A stretch of DNA of 64,000 nucleotides from Nitrospirota bacterium (GCA_963737155.1 CAVTRN010000001.1:1024001-1088000); one strand, 5' to 3'. Counted from the first letter of the stretch, positions 22,283 through 33,383 are shown. The notes: generated by a model from the letters alone, not told the origin. Made by a program: numbers and translations.

Positions 22283-22701
22283 GAAGTTTAAAAGAGAAAC
22301 CGGACTATGATCAGGATTGGCTTCTGCGCTTCGGTTTAGAGTTACGTGGAAATAGCACTTCGAGGCCCGGGACGGCGGCTTGTTATCGGAGATACAGAAA
22401 TCAAACGATGACGAAATTCATAATCAGCTGCTTTTAGGGGATCGCAAAAAAACCGCGATCTAGCAGCGAAGCGTTAATGATCAGCGATCATATAATATCT
22501 TAAAAGAAAAATATGCATTGCCCAGATGACTGGGGGAGTAAGGCAAAACTAAAATCGGCAAGAACTATCTTCCCCCTTCTGCCGTTGACTAGCTTCTCGT
22601 CTCAAAGACCAGTCTTCAAAATATAATTTAATTTTTCATCAAAAACAAGATACAAACTCTCATACTTTGAGCGAAACAAAAACATTTTTATTCCGCGCCC
22701 A

Positions 22702-23235
22702 TCACCTCGCGATCGCAACCCGGGCGGCCTGGGGTCCTTCCTTTCCCTGTTCTTCGATGAACGTGACTTCGGTTCCGAATTTCAACCTGCTGAACTCCTC
22801 ATTGAGGACACTGTTGCGGTGAAAATAAATTTCGCGGTTATCCGGTGTTTTTATAAAACCGTAAGCCTCGCCCGGAAATATCCTCGCAATACGGCCGGTC
22901 GGCATCGCTGCATGGAACTTAACTTCGCCCTGTATCCGGCCCGCATGTTCTTCAAGAAGCCTTACAGCGACGTCAAAAGCGTCGCGAACTGATACATAGA
23001 TGTCCTCGTTTTCCTGACGGCTGACAGCCAATTCTTTGCCGGGGACAGTGATGTCGATGCGAATACTGTACAGTTTACCCTGATGGTGCCTACGCTGCGA
23101 TTCCTCCACCGCGACCCTGCAGCTCATAATTCTGTCATAGAATCTGTCCAGTTTCGCAGCTTTTTCGTTGATGTTCGCTTCAATGGCTTCAGATTTTGGA
23201 ATGTTCCGAAACGTAATTTGTAAAGGAATTCTCAT
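22702..23235 (-). CDS. HPF/RaiA ribosome-associated protein fused to a cold-shock domain
   Basis: QITFRN..SEAIE and D.Y.SVRDAFD in the N-terminal part. YGFI...EIYFHRNSV...GPQA in the C-terminal part. Confidence 0.88.
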   Translation of the reverse strand: MRIPLQITFRNIPKSEAIEANINEKAAKLDRFYDRIMSCRVAVEESQRRHHQGKLYSIRIDITVPGKELAVSRQENEDIYVSVRDAFDVAVRLLEEHAGRIQGEVKFHAAMPTGRIARIFPGEAYGFIKTPDNREIYFHRNSVLNEEFSRLKFGTEVTFIEEQGKEGPQAARVAIAR

Positions 23236-23746
23236 ACTTAGCCTCCCGTATCCAAAAAAACATTTTTTCATGTCCTCTTAAATCAAACGTAACACCAAAT
23301 ATTGAAACTGTCAAATGGCGGGACGAAGTGCTTCAATGGAATAATTCAGGGTTCAGAATACAAAAGAGACGATAGGCTAATTGTGCGCTTATCACGCCAG
23401 ATGTTCATCTTCGTGGAACATCCAAAGATAGATAGGGGCGAGGAACAATGCAGGTCCCGAGTGTTAAGCGAACCACCAGAGCGGATCTTCGGCTTTTCCT
23501 GTTTCCGAAGCACCACCCCGATAATGGTCGCGGAGTTCACCGCTGCAATTAGCGGAATTCGACGGTCGATAGATCTTCAGCGGCCCGCGAGTCGAGATTG
23601 TGATGTTGAGGATAATTGTGTGTATGATCTCCTTTTTCGCTATCGTGGCTATCTTTTTTCGATTTCACGGCCAGCTGCAAAACTTCATGGCCTTCTTTCC
23701 TCTCTCAAGAAGACTACGCATTAACTATATTTTTTTATGATGGTTT

Positions 23747-24694
23747 TTAAGCACTCGCCTTGTTCAGCAGCGCAACGGAAAAATCATCTAGATCAAGTCG
23801 TGTGGCGGCAGTAAGATCGTTCAATTGTTCTATGCTCGTAGCGCTGGTAATAGGGGCGGTAATGCCCGGTCGGGCCATCAGCCATGCAAGCGAGATAGTC
23901 GCGGGTTTTGTGTTATATTTTCGGGCAACCTGATCCAAAGCCTCAAGAATGAGGAAGCCCCGCTTGTTCAGGTACAATCTGATCCCTTGCCCGCGGATGC
24001 TCTTGGACAGGTCATTTTCCGAATGGTACTTACCTGTGAGAAAGCCGCTGGCCAGCGAATAATAAGTTATAACGCCCAACCCATATTCGCGGCAGAGCGG
24101 TTCCAGCGATTGTTCATATTCGACTCGGTCATAAAGATTGTATCTCGGCTGCAGGCATTGATAGGCCGGATATCCCCGTTCCTTACTGGTTTGCAAAGAC
24201 TGCGAAATCCGCTCGGTGCTGAAATTGGAAGCGCCGATGGCTCGTACTTTGCCCTGTTTGATCAACTGGGCGTATGCTTCCAACGTTTCCTCTACAGGCG
24301 TGCCGGGATCGTCCTTATGGGACTGATAGAGATCAATAACGTCCGTTTGGAGGCGGCGCAGCGATTCTTCTACGGCGCGGAGGATATAAACTTTTGATAG
24401 TCCTTTTCTGCCCGGCCCCATTTCGCCTCCGACCTTTGTGGCGATCACGACCCTGGCTCGGTTTCCGCTTTTCTTCAACCACTTCCCGATTATGGTTTCT
24501 GATTCACCACCCTTGTGTCCAGCGACCCATGTTGAGTAGGTGTCGGCAGTATCGATCATATTGCCACCCGCACCTACGAAGGCATCGAGGATACCGAATG
24601 CCGTTGGTTCATCCACCGTCCAGCCGAAGACGTTTCCTCCTAGGGCGAGGGGATAAACTTCAATGTCTGAATTTCCCAATCTGCGTTTCTTCAT
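23747..24694 (-). CDS. Aldo/keto reductase
   Basis: LGGNVFG, IDTADxY, IATK, IDLYQSH, GKVRAIGASN. Confidence 0.95.
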   Translation of the reverse strand: MKKRRLGNSDIEVYPLALGGNVFGWTVDEPTAFGILDAFVGAGGNMIDTADTYSTWVAGHKGGESETIIGKWLKKSGNRARVVIATKVGGEMGPGRKGLSKVYILRAVEESLRRLQTDVIDLYQSHKDDPGTPVEETLEAYAQLIKQGKVRAIGASNFSTERISQSLQTSKERGYPAYQCLQPRYNLYDRVEYEQSLEPLCREYGLGVITYYSLASGFLTGKYHSENDLSKSIRGQGIRLYLNKRGFLILEALDQVARKYNTKPATISLAWLMARPGITAPITSATSIEQLNDLTAATRLDLDDFSVALLNKASA

Positions 24695-27600
24695 GATGTG
24701 AGCTCTCCTGTGGAATGTTCTTCAGCCGTCTCCTTTTTTGTATGCTCAGCGGCGAGGAACAGGTACATTGCCGGCACCACAAACAGCGTGAACAGCGTGC
24801 CGATCGAGACTCCGGTCATTATTACCAACCCCATGTTGAAACGGCCCGCCGCGCCCGCACCAGATGCCGTCACTAGCGGCAGCACGCCTAGAACCATCGC
24901 GGCCGTGGTCATCAGGATTGGCCGAAGCCGTATGGCAGCGGCCATCTCAACGGCTTCACGTTTGTTTTTGCCTTCCCGCTGCATATCGTTGGCGAATTGT
25001 ACAATCAGAATGCCATGTTTGCTGATTAGACCGATGAGCGTTACCAAACCCACCTCGGAATAGATGTTCAAGCTTGCGCCGCCGATGCCGATGCTAATGA
25101 AGATCATGGCTCCACAGATCGACATGGGCACGCTCACAAGCACGGTGAAGGGATCGCGGAAACTCTCGAACAGCGCCGCAAGGGAGAGGAATATAATTAT
25201 CAGCGAAAACACGAACGTGACGAGCAGCGCGCTTGATTCCTGCACATATTGCCGCGACTGTCCGGCATAATCGATGCTGTAGTTCTGGGGCAGTACTTCC
25301 GATGCAATTTTTTTGAGCGTCTCGATCGCCTGCCCCTGCGTGACGCCGGGTGCAGTTACACCGGAGATCGTTGCTGAATTGAGCTGCTGAAAATGGTTAA
25401 GTGATTCAGGAACCACGGTTGTTTTAAGGCTGGTGACCGTTGAAAGTGGGACCGTTTCCCCTTCCGGTGTTGTAATGTAGTAGTCCTGCAGCTGTGCGGC
25501 GTTCAGGCGGTCGCGCTGCATCACCTGGGGGATCACCTCGTAGGAGCGCCCGGCAAGGCTGAAGTAATTGACATAGCCGCCGCCGAGCATGGAACCCAGT
25601 GCGCCGCCCACGTCACTCATTGTCAAACCAAGCAGAGCCGCCTTGTCGCGGTTGAACTCCACCGTTGTTTGCGGCTTGTCGATCTTCAGGTCGCTGTCGA
25701 GGAACGCGAACATGCCACTGGTGTATGCCTTGCCCATGAGCGCCAGGGACACGTCGTTCAGACGCTCGAACGGCTCGGTGGTGCCGATCACGAATTGGAC
25801 AGGTAGACCACGTCCTGAACCGGGCAGAGGTGACCGCTGGAAGGCAACACTGCGCAAGCCTGCGATCCGGCCGAGATCCGCCTGCACCAGCGGTTGGATT
25901 TGGTCCGCTGTGCGTTTACGTTCGTCCCAGGGTTTCAGGACCATGCCTGCGATGGTTGAGTTTAGTCCGCTGATGCCGTCGAACTGGAATATATGGTCTG
26001 TTTCCGGGAACGAGACATAGTCCTGATACACTAGCCTGGAGTAGAGCTGCGTCTGGTCAAGACTTGCATCGGGAGCAGCTGTGCCCAGACTGATAATGAT
26101 GCCTTGGTCCTCCAGCGGCGCGAGTTCGCTCTTCGAAGAGGCATAGAGGAAATAGATGCTGATCAAAATGATGGCTCCGAAAACCCCGATGACCGGTAGG
26201 GAATTGAGCGCTCCATGTAGCACCCGTTCATAGGCGCGCCGCAGGGTGTTGAACTGGGTATCGATGAAAGACGCGAACCGGCCCTGCCCGCCGTGGCCAG
26301 CGGGCTTCAGGAACCGCGAACACATCATAGGAGACAATGTCAGGGCGATGATTGCTGATACGGCGACGGCGCCGGCGAGGGTATAAGCGAACTCGGTGAA
26401 TAGCGCTCCGGTGAGTCCCCCCATGAACCCGATAGGCACATACACGGCGATGAGCACCACCGAAATCGCAATAATCGGACCGGCCAGTTCCCGTGCGCCC
26501 TGGATTGCCGCTTGCAGGGGCATCAAGCCTCCTTCCATATGTCGGTGCACGTTTTCCACCACAATGATGGCGTCGTCCACCACGAGCCCGATGGCGAGCA
26601 CAAGCGCGAGGAGAGTGAGCAGATTGATTGTATAACCGAGAATCAGCATGATGAAGAAGGCGCCGATCAGGGAAAGCGGCATGGCAATCGTCGGAATGAT
26701 GACCGACCTGATGGTGCCGAGGAACAGGAATATCACGGCTGTCACAATCAGGAGCGCTTCCGCCAGCGTGATGATCACTTCGTGAATCGAGCTGTTCACG
26801 TACTTGGTGGCGTCGTACACGATGCGCCCTTCGAGGCCCTCGGGCAACTGCTGGGCGATCCCGGGGAACGCCTTGCGAACCCCGTCGATCACCGTGAGCA
26901 GGTTGGCAGTGGGTGCCACTAGGATGCCGACATAGACAGCGCTCTGGCCGTCAAAAGAAACGGCGGTGTCGTAATCTTCCGAGCCGAGCGACACTTTGGC
27001 GACATCACCGAGACGGACAATAGCGCCATCTTTCGACTTGATGGCCAAGTTTCTGAATTCCTCGACCGAATGCAGGCCCGTGTCCGCTGTGAGATCGACG
27101 GTTACCATCTGACCTTTGGTGCGGCCGACAGCTGAGATGAAGTCGTTCGCCGCGAGGGCATTGCTTACGTCTGTGCCGCTAACACCGTAGGCGGCCATTT
27201 TGTCCGGGTTGAGCCAGGCCCGCAGCGCAAAGCGGCGCTGGCCGAGAATCTCGGCTGTCTGCACGCCCTCAACGGCCTGCAGCTTGGGCTGGACCACCCG
27301 GATGAGATAGTCGGTGATCTGATTCGTGGGCAGCACTTTACTGTAGAACCCGAGATACATGGAATCGATAGTCTCACCTACAGCGACGGTGATTACCGGC
27401 TGCTGCGAACCCCGCGGCAGCTGATTCAGAACCGCGTTGACCCTCGTATTGATCTCAGTCAGGGCCTTGTTCGGGTCGTAGTTCAGGCGCAGGCTGGCCT
27501 GGATTGAGCTCACGCTCAGCATGCTCGACGAGGTGAGATAGTCGATGCCGTTGGCCTGGGCGATTGAATTTTCGAGCGGCGTCGTGATGAATCCGGCCAC

Positions 27601-27774
27601 CAGAGCCGGATCGGCTCCATAATATGTCGTCGAAACCGTTACGACCGCGTTCTGGGTCAACGGATATTGGCGAATCGGAAGGACCCCGGCCGAACGCAAG
27701 CCCAGTACCAAAATCAGCAGGCTGACTACGGTGGCGAGCACCGGACGTTTTATGAAGAGATCAGTAAATTTCAT
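24691..27774 (-). CDS. RND efflux permease (AcrB/MexW/MexI-like)
   Basis: 1027 aa with FIKRPV, GLVVDDAIIVVEN and RLRPILMT. Confidence 0.97.
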   Translation of the reverse strand: MKFTDLFIKRPVLATVVSLLILVLGLRSAGVLPIRQYPLTQNAVVTVSTTYYGADPALVAGFITTPLENSIAQANGIDYLTSSSMLSVSSIQASLRLNYDPNKALTEINTRVNAVLNQLPRGSQQPVITVAVGETIDSMYLGFYSKVLPTNQITDYLIRVVQPKLQAVEGVQTAEILGQRRFALRAWLNPDKMAAYGVSGTDVSNALAANDFISAVGRTKGQMVTVDLTADTGLHSVEEFRNLAIKSKDGAIVRLGDVAKVSLGSEDYDTAVSFDGQSAVYVGILVAPTANLLTVIDGVRKAFPGIAQQLPEGLEGRIVYDATKYVNSSIHEVIITLAEALLIVTAVIFLFLGTIRSVIIPTIAMPLSLIGAFFIMLILGYTINLLTLLALVLAIGLVVDDAIIVVENVHRHMEGGLMPLQAAIQGARELAGPIIAISVVLIAVYVPIGFMGGLTGALFTEFAYTLAGAVAVSAIIALTLSPMMCSRFLKPAGHGGQGRFASFIDTQFNTLRRAYERVLHGALNSLPVIGVFGAIILISIYFLYASSKSELAPLEDQGIIISLGTAAPDASLDQTQLYSRLVYQDYVSFPETDHIFQFDGISGLNSTIAGMVLKPWDERKRTADQIQPLVQADLGRIAGLRSVAFQRSPLPGSGRGLPVQFVIGTTEPFERLNDVSLALMGKAYTSGMFAFLDSDLKIDKPQTTVEFNRDKAALLGLTMSDVGGALGSMLGGGYVNYFSLAGRSYEVIPQVMQRDRLNAAQLQDYYITTPEGETVPLSTVTSLKTTVVPESLNHFQQLNSATISGVTAPGVTQGQAIETLKKIASEVLPQNYSIDYAGQSRQYVQESSALLVTFVFSLIIIFLSLAALFESFRDPFTVLVSVPMSICGAMIFISIGIGGASLNIYSEVGLVTLIGLISKHGILIVQFANDMQREGKNKREAVEMAAAIRLRPILMTTAAMVLGVLPLVTASGAGAAGRFNMGLVIMTGVSIGTLFTLFVVPAMYLFLAAEHTKKETAEEHSTGELTS

Positions 27775-27851
27775 GGAAAAACTCTTAATTCTGCTTCATG
27801 TCTCGTTTTTTGAATTGTGGTTAATTAAAAGCTCCCGACTCAAAAACTTTC

Positions 27852-28979
27852 TTACTGGTCCACCGGCTTCGGCGCCGCGTCATTGGAAGGCTGAACCTTA
27901 TTGTCTATGACCACGGGGCTGCCGTTTCTGATCTTTAACTGGCCGCTGGTCACCACCATTTCGCCTTCCTTGAGACCTGTCAGGATCGTCACTTGATCTC
28001 CTCGCTTCTCTCCCACGGAAACGAAGGATTGTTTCACGGTCAGGAGCGGCTTGTTGCCTGGCCCCTTGGAGCCTTCCTCGACAATGAAGATTGTATCGCC
28101 GTAGGGGTTATAGACCACGGCTGTTTGCGGCAGCGTGAGGTATCGCTGTACTGCGCCGGACTGGACCTCGATTGATGCGAACATGCCGGGCAGAAGCACG
28201 CGGCGGGAATTACTGATCAGCGCTTCAGCCTGGAAATTCCTCGTTTCAGGATCCACCTTCGGATCGATCGTCGTTATTTTGCCGCTGAAGGTCCGGCCCG
28301 GGTAGGTGTCGGTATTGACGATAACTGCCTGGCCGATTGCTATATGGGAAAGTTCCTGCTGCGGCACATAAAAATCGACGTACAGTGAATCAAGCGACTG
28401 CAATGTGACGATCTTGTCTCCCGGGTTCAGGTACTGACCGGGGTTAACCGTGCTGATTCCGAGCTTGCCCGCGAACGGGGCGTTTATCGTCTTTTTGTCC
28501 ACGAGCGCCTGCTGTTGATCAACCTGCGCCCGCTTGCTCTTAAGGTCGGCGGCATCGGCGTCGAGTGTTGCCTGGCTTACGGCCTGAACTTCAAATTGTT
28601 TCTTGTCCCTGTTGTTGTTTGTCTGGGCCAGGTCCGCCGCTACCTTCAGCGATTCTAGCTGCGCCCTGTCGGCATCGGCATTGAGTTCGACCAGAAGTTG
28701 CCCCTTCCTCACCTCGTCGCCGGACTTGAAATGAAGTGAGCGTACCAGGCCGGAAATCTCGCAAGTGACGTCCACGCCGAGGACCGCACGCAGGGTTCCC
28801 ACTGCTCTGATCTGCGGCTGCCAAGGTTGATATTCGGCTGTTATCGCGGTTACGGTCGCGGGCGGAAGTTTCATGGACGCGTATTTCTTCATCATCCGGC
28901 CCTGAAATATTTTATATCCGAGAACGCCGCCGAACAGAACGCCGACGACGGCGAGCATGATGATCATTCGCTTGGCCAT
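27852..28979 (-). CDS. RND membrane fusion protein
   Basis: N-terminal anchor, lipoyl/hairpin domains, APFAG, LLPGMF. Confidence 0.95.
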   Translation of the reverse strand: MAKRMIIMLAVVGVLFGGVLGYKIFQGRMMKKYASMKLPPATVTAITAEYQPWQPQIRAVGTLRAVLGVDVTCEISGLVRSLHFKSGDEVRKGQLLVELNADADRAQLESLKVAADLAQTNNNRDKKQFEVQAVSQATLDADAADLKSKRAQVDQQQALVDKKTINAPFAGKLGISTVNPGQYLNPGDKIVTLQSLDSLYVDFYVPQQELSHIAIGQAVIVNTDTYPGRTFSGKITTIDPKVDPETRNFQAEALISNSRRVLLPGMFASIEVQSGAVQRYLTLPQTAVVYNPYGDTIFIVEEGSKGPGNKPLLTVKQSFVSVGEKRGDQVTILTGLKEGEMVVTSGQLKIRNGSPVVIDNKVQPSNDAAPKPVDQ

Positions 28980-29105
28980 GATATCTCCAATTTGACTGTG
29001 AAGTGCCAAAAAGCTATTGATGTCAATCCGGTTTGTCCGAAAAAATCGCTCCTTATGTATAAGACAGCTTTATCGTTACCCTGATTCAGGGGGAACTGGA
29101 GCATT

Positions 29106-30713
29106 TCATTCCTTTTTCGTAACTGTAACCTCATCTGTGCGCGGCGTCCTGTTCCACCATCCGCCCCCCAAAGCCTGGAAAAGCGCAGCGGTATCGGCAA
29201 ACCGCGCAGCTTGTGCGGCAACCAGGTTTATACGAGCCTCCTGGTGTTGGCGCTCCGCGTTGAGCAGCGACAAGTAATTCACCGCTCCGAGCTGGAACTG
29301 TTTTTTTGTAACATAGAATGTCTCGGCAGCCGCCGCTTCGGCGTTCGATTGCGCCTTGAGTGTTCGCGCATCGGTATCGAGCGCGCGCAGTACGTCTGCC
29401 ACGTTCTCGAAGGCGAGAAGCACGGTGGCGCGGTACTGGGCGTTGGCCTGATCGTAGGCGGCCACGGCTGCGCGGCGTTTGGCACTCAGCTCTCCGCCAT
29501 GAAACAACGGCTGCAACAGCCCTCCGGTCAGGCTCCATATTGTTGCGTTGCTGTTGAAGAGATTGCTCGTAGTAGTCGACTCCCACCCAAAGTTGCCGCT
29601 GAGTGTGATCTGCGGGTACATAGCTGCAGTGGCTACGCCGATCTCGGCGCTTGCCGCGTGGAGCAGAGCCTCCGATGCCCGGATATCGGGGCGCTGCCGG
29701 ACTAGGGACGAAGGCAGGCTGACCGGCAGCTCCTGCGGCAGCTGCAGTCCTTCTAGGTTGAATTCAGGCAGTGACGCAGCATCACTCGGCAGTTTACCTG
29801 CCAGTACGGCGAGCTGGTGACGGGTCTGCGCAAGCTCTTTTTCCAAGACCGGTAGCATGGCCTGGGTCTGCGCCACCTGCGCCCGCTGGGCAAGGACGTC
29901 GGTGCGCGCCACCGCCCCGATCTGGAACTGGCGGTCGACTACTTCGAGCTGCTTTTCCTGGTCCGCGATGATCTCCTGGGTTGTCCGAATCTGCGCGCGT
30001 AGCAGAGCTTCCTCGATCGCGGCGGTGACGATATTCGAGGTGATCGTGAGGTAAGCGCCTTCCAGCTGAAAACGCTCATAGTCGACTTGGGACCTGAGCG
30101 CTTCAAGCTCGCGCCGCGCGCCTCCGAACAGGTCGAACGTATACTGTACATTCACCGAAGCATTATAAAGAGTGAAGGGGGGAAACGTGGTAGATGGCTC
30201 ACCGAACTCCGCGCCCGAGATTTTCTGCCGGGAAGCCGAGACATCGGCATCCACGCTCGGGAAGAGCGCCGAACCGACTAACGCGCGAAGGTTTTCCCGC
30301 GCCTGGCGGAGCGTAGCCTGCGCCGAGTCCAGGGTTGGGTTGTCAGCCAGCGCCCGACGGATCAGCTCATCTAATTGCGCTGAATGCAGCAGTGTCCACC
30401 ACTGAGCGGGGATGTCTTTCCCAGGAGCAAAGCACTGCGAAACTCCGCCCGGACCCGGTGAAGAGGCTGTTTCAGGCGGCAGAGCAACCGCTGTGTAAAC
30501 GGTCGTGTCAGGGGCTGCGGGCGCGTGGAAATTCGGTCCCACGGCACAGGCGCTTAATACGATTCCCGTGGCTGCAGCAGCAATCGAAATTTTTCCAGGA
30601 AAACTCGCGCTCACGTTATGACTCTCCGGAATCTCATGTTGTAATGTAATCCTGAGGTGGTAAATTCCATTTTTATCCTTTATATTAAATAGCATACCAC
30701 GGTAGAAAGGCAC
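29106..30713 (-). CDS. Outer membrane efflux lipoprotein (NodT/OprM family); true start probably downstream of 30713
   Basis: LSAC lipobox followed by AVGP, WW..., RPDI, ALGGGW. Confidence 0.92.
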   Translation of the reverse strand: MPFYRGMLFNIKDKNGIYHLRITLQHEIPESHNVSASFPGKISIAAAATGIVLSACAVGPNFHAPAAPDTTVYTAVALPPETASSPGPGGVSQCFAPGKDIPAQWWTLLHSAQLDELIRRALADNPTLDSAQATLRQARENLRALVGSALFPSVDADVSASRQKISGAEFGEPSTTFPPFTLYNASVNVQYTFDLFGGARRELEALRSQVDYERFQLEGAYLTITSNIVTAAIEEALLRAQIRTTQEIIADQEKQLEVVDRQFQIGAVARTDVLAQRAQVAQTQAMLPVLEKELAQTRHQLAVLAGKLPSDAASLPEFNLEGLQLPQELPVSLPSSLVRQRPDIRASEALLHAASAEIGVATAAMYPQITLSGNFGWESTTTSNLFNSNATIWSLTGGLLQPLFHGGELSAKRRAAVAAYDQANAQYRATVLLAFENVADVLRALDTDARTLKAQSNAEAAAAETFYVTKKQFQLGAVNYLSLLNAERQHQEARINLVAAQAARFADTAALFQALGGGWWNRTPRTDEVTVTKKE

Positions 30714-30766
30714 TTTTCTTTTTTAACTGCCCGTAAAATCGAAATTGAGTGCAACGAATTAAAAAA

Positions 30767-30801
30767 GTTCAAAGATAAAGGTTCAGAGTGAAAGGATTCA
30801 A
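30767..30801. repeat. Degenerate heptamer tandem (GTTCARA-like)
   Basis: GTTCAAA GATAAAG GTTCAGA GTGAAAG. Confidence 0.45.
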
Positions 30802-30866
30802 GCTTAGATATAGGATAGAGAGATGTATCCGGATAGCAGAACGTCATTCAGCTTGCAATTATTTCG

Positions 30867-33065
30867 CTATTTCCTGGTGAGCATGGACTCGACTGCATCT
30901 GCCGGAATGGGCTTGCTGAAGTAATAGCCCTGAACCATGTCACAACGCAGGATGTGAAGAATCTTCAATTGGTCCTCGGTTTCGACGCCCTCGGCAATGG
31001 TCTTCAAGTGAAGATTATGAGCCATGGAAACAATACTGGAAACAATTGCGCCGTCGTCGGGATTGTTGGTGATGTCGCGGACAAAGGAGATATCTATCTT
31101 CAGATTGTCCGCAGGCAGTTTTTTGAGGTAGCTCAGGGACGAGTAGCCCGTGCCAAAGTCGTCGATGCTGATGGAGATACCCATGTCTTTGAGTCTGCTG
31201 AGCAGCGCTCTCACTTGCTCGGGATTCTGCATCAACGTGCTTTCTGTAAGCTCGAAGGCTAGATTGCGCGGCTCGATGCCCGACTGCTTGACGGTGGCTT
31301 CGAGGAAATCGCCTAGGTCGGTCTGTTTGAACTGGACTGCCGAAAGGTTCGTTGTGACGGGCACCATGGCGTGCCCCCGGTCCTGCCAGACTCGGATCTG
31401 ACGGCATACTTCCTGGACGATCCATTGTCCCACATCGATAATCATTCTGGTTTCCTCAAGCACGGGTATGAAATTGGACGGATAGACGAAACCGTGCTCC
31501 GGACTTTTCCAGCGGATAAGCGACTCCATGCCCGCAATCTTTCGCGTGTGGACATCGAAATATGGCTGGTAATAGAGCAGGAATTCATTGTTCTTCAGGG
31601 CATGAAACAGGCTTTTCTGGATAAGGGCAAATGTCGATGCCAGGCGGTTCATGTCCGTGGTGAAAAACTGGTAGGTATTCAAACCCTGCTCGTGGGATTT
31701 GGTTAGGGCGACTTCCGAGTTCTTGATGAGGTTGGCTGCGTCCCCCGTATCTTGGGGAGCGACGGAAATCCCGATATGTATGTTCACACTGAGATCCGTT
31801 CCCCCTACCTGCAAGGTCTGTCTGGTTGCGTGGAAAACCTTGTTCACGACGATAACGATGTCCTGGGACTGGGCAACATCCACGAGCAGGATTGCGAACT
31901 TGTTCCTGCCAAGGCGCGCCACGGAGTCTCCTTCCCGCACGATCGCCGAAAGCCGTCGGCCTATTTCTTTCAGAACCTCGTCCCCGACTTCTGCCCCCAA
32001 TGTCTCGTTGATATATGCAATGCGGTCGATGTCGAGGGCGAGTATGACAACGAGTCGCTTGCGGAACTCTCCGCGAGGGATTTCCAGTTTGATGCGATCG
32101 AGCAGGAGCGTCCTGTTCGGTAATCCGGTTAGGCCGTCGTAATAGGCCAGATAGTTCAGCCGGTCCTCGAGCTGCCGCTGGTGGGTCAGGTCTTTTGATG
32201 TTGCGATGAAATGGGTGATCTCGCCCTTCTCGTCCTTCAGGGGTGTTATGGTGTGGTATAACTCGAAGAGTTCGCCGTTTTTTTTGCGGTTCTTCAGGAT
32301 CGCACGATAGGGCTGGCCGGAAATGATCGTTTCCCACATCTCTTTATACACCGCGGGTTCATTCTGGCCGGACTGGAGTATGCGTGGATTTTTGCCGATG
32401 AGCTCCTCCCTGCAGTAACCGCTTATCTCAACAACGGCAGAATTGACATAGTCGATGGTGCCGTTCCTGTCCGTGATCAGGACCCAGTCCGATGTGCCTT
32501 CAACGGCAAGCGACAGCTTTCGCAGTTCCCGTTCTGTTTTCTTGAGGTCCGTGATGTCCGTTAGGGAAGCGACGCTTTTTTTTGTTCCCGGGATCACGGC
32601 CACACTCGCATAAACGTCCCTAAGGGCGCCCTGCTTGTGCCTGATCCTGAATTCGTAGCGCACCGGCGCGGCATCCGACTGCCTGCGCAGTGCATGATAG
32701 GTCATCATTCGTTGCAGGTCGTCGGGATGGACGGCGATTGTCCATGCCAGCTTCCCTTCTATCTCCGCCTTCGTATAGCCCGTCATGGCCTCGAATTTGG
32801 CATTGGCCAGGGAGATGATCATGTTATCTTCGATGATGATCGTTGCCGCCTCGGAATTCTCGAATATGGTGCGGTAGTAGACTTCCGATTCTCGCATCGT
32901 CTGCTCGGTCTGGGCGTGCTCGGCGATTTCCCGTGCGTGCGCTGCATTGGCCGCTTCGAGCTCGGCGGTGAGATTGGCCAGTCTGGCCTGTAGGTCAGAA
33001 TAGTGTTGTTCTTGATTTGCTTTCTCATGCGAATTGAGGGCAGCAGTTTTGTCATCCTGTGTCAT
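30867..33065 (-). CDS. PAS-PAS-GGDEF(degenerate)-EAL protein, likely a c-di-GMP phosphodiesterase
   Basis: The GGDEF site reads GRNKF. The EAL domain has ESL, ELTE, DDFGTGYSSL and AEGVET. Confidence 0.9.
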   Translation of the reverse strand: MTQDDKTAALNSHEKANQEQHYSDLQARLANLTAELEAANAAHAREIAEHAQTEQTMRESEVYYRTIFENSEAATIIIEDNMIISLANAKFEAMTGYTKAEIEGKLAWTIAVHPDDLQRMMTYHALRRQSDAAPVRYEFRIRHKQGALRDVYASVAVIPGTKKSVASLTDITDLKKTERELRKLSLAVEGTSDWVLITDRNGTIDYVNSAVVEISGYCREELIGKNPRILQSGQNEPAVYKEMWETIISGQPYRAILKNRKKNGELFELYHTITPLKDEKGEITHFIATSKDLTHQRQLEDRLNYLAYYDGLTGLPNRTLLLDRIKLEIPRGEFRKRLVVILALDIDRIAYINETLGAEVGDEVLKEIGRRLSAIVREGDSVARLGRNKFAILLVDVAQSQDIVIVVNKVFHATRQTLQVGGTDLSVNIHIGISVAPQDTGDAANLIKNSEVALTKSHEQGLNTYQFFTTDMNRLASTFALIQKSLFHALKNNEFLLYYQPYFDVHTRKIAGMESLIRWKSPEHGFVYPSNFIPVLEETRMIIDVGQWIVQEVCRQIRVWQDRGHAMVPVTTNLSAVQFKQTDLGDFLEATVKQSGIEPRNLAFELTESTLMQNPEQVRALLSRLKDMGISISIDDFGTGYSSLSYLKKLPADNLKIDISFVRDITNNPDDGAIVSSIVSMAHNLHLKTIAEGVETEDQLKILHILRCDMVQGYYFSKPIPADAVESMLTRK

Positions 33066-33347
33066 GATTAAACGACCTCTCGAAAATCCGAAAAGATCTG
33101 CTTGCGGGATAAGGTGAAGCGCATAACGCCTGATGTGCTATTTTTTGTCCGCAGATGGGGGGAAACGTCCTGTTTCAGCGGCTCGATTCTCTACCTGCAA
33201 CTATAGCAAAGAAAAATGCTACAAACAAGGCATCAAGGGAAAAAGCATTAGTCGAACGCACTCGGAAGTCCGATGCTCAAAGTAGAGAGTCATAGGAAAG
33301 TAGGATAAATGCTGATATTCGGTTTACGGACCGTACGCATCTCTAGC

Positions 33348-33383
33348 TGTATAGTTTGCTATCACGTGCCCGCATCTTATTCA
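33348..33383 (+). promoter_or_regulatory. Tandem EBP site upstream of nifH
   Basis: TGTATAGTTTGCTATCA-cg-TGCCCGCATCTTATTCA, starting 89 bp before the -24 GG. Confidence 0.55.

Noticed and set aside
22437-22490. Possible c-di-GMP-I riboswitch (CGCAAA...GATCTA...ATGAT)
   Set aside because: The 5' GGCAAA/GAAA-tetraloop helix is missing, there is no downstream plus-strand gene, and the sequence is explained by a simple GATCGC/GCGATC hairpin. An Infernal search would settle it.
23302-23724. 140-aa ORF between HPF-CSD and AKR
   Set aside because: It has a TTG start without an RBS, no motifs and atypical composition.
33348-33364. NifA UAS upstream of nifH
   Set aside because: It reads TGT-N10-ATC rather than TGT-N10-ACA, and it fits the shared tandem motif better.
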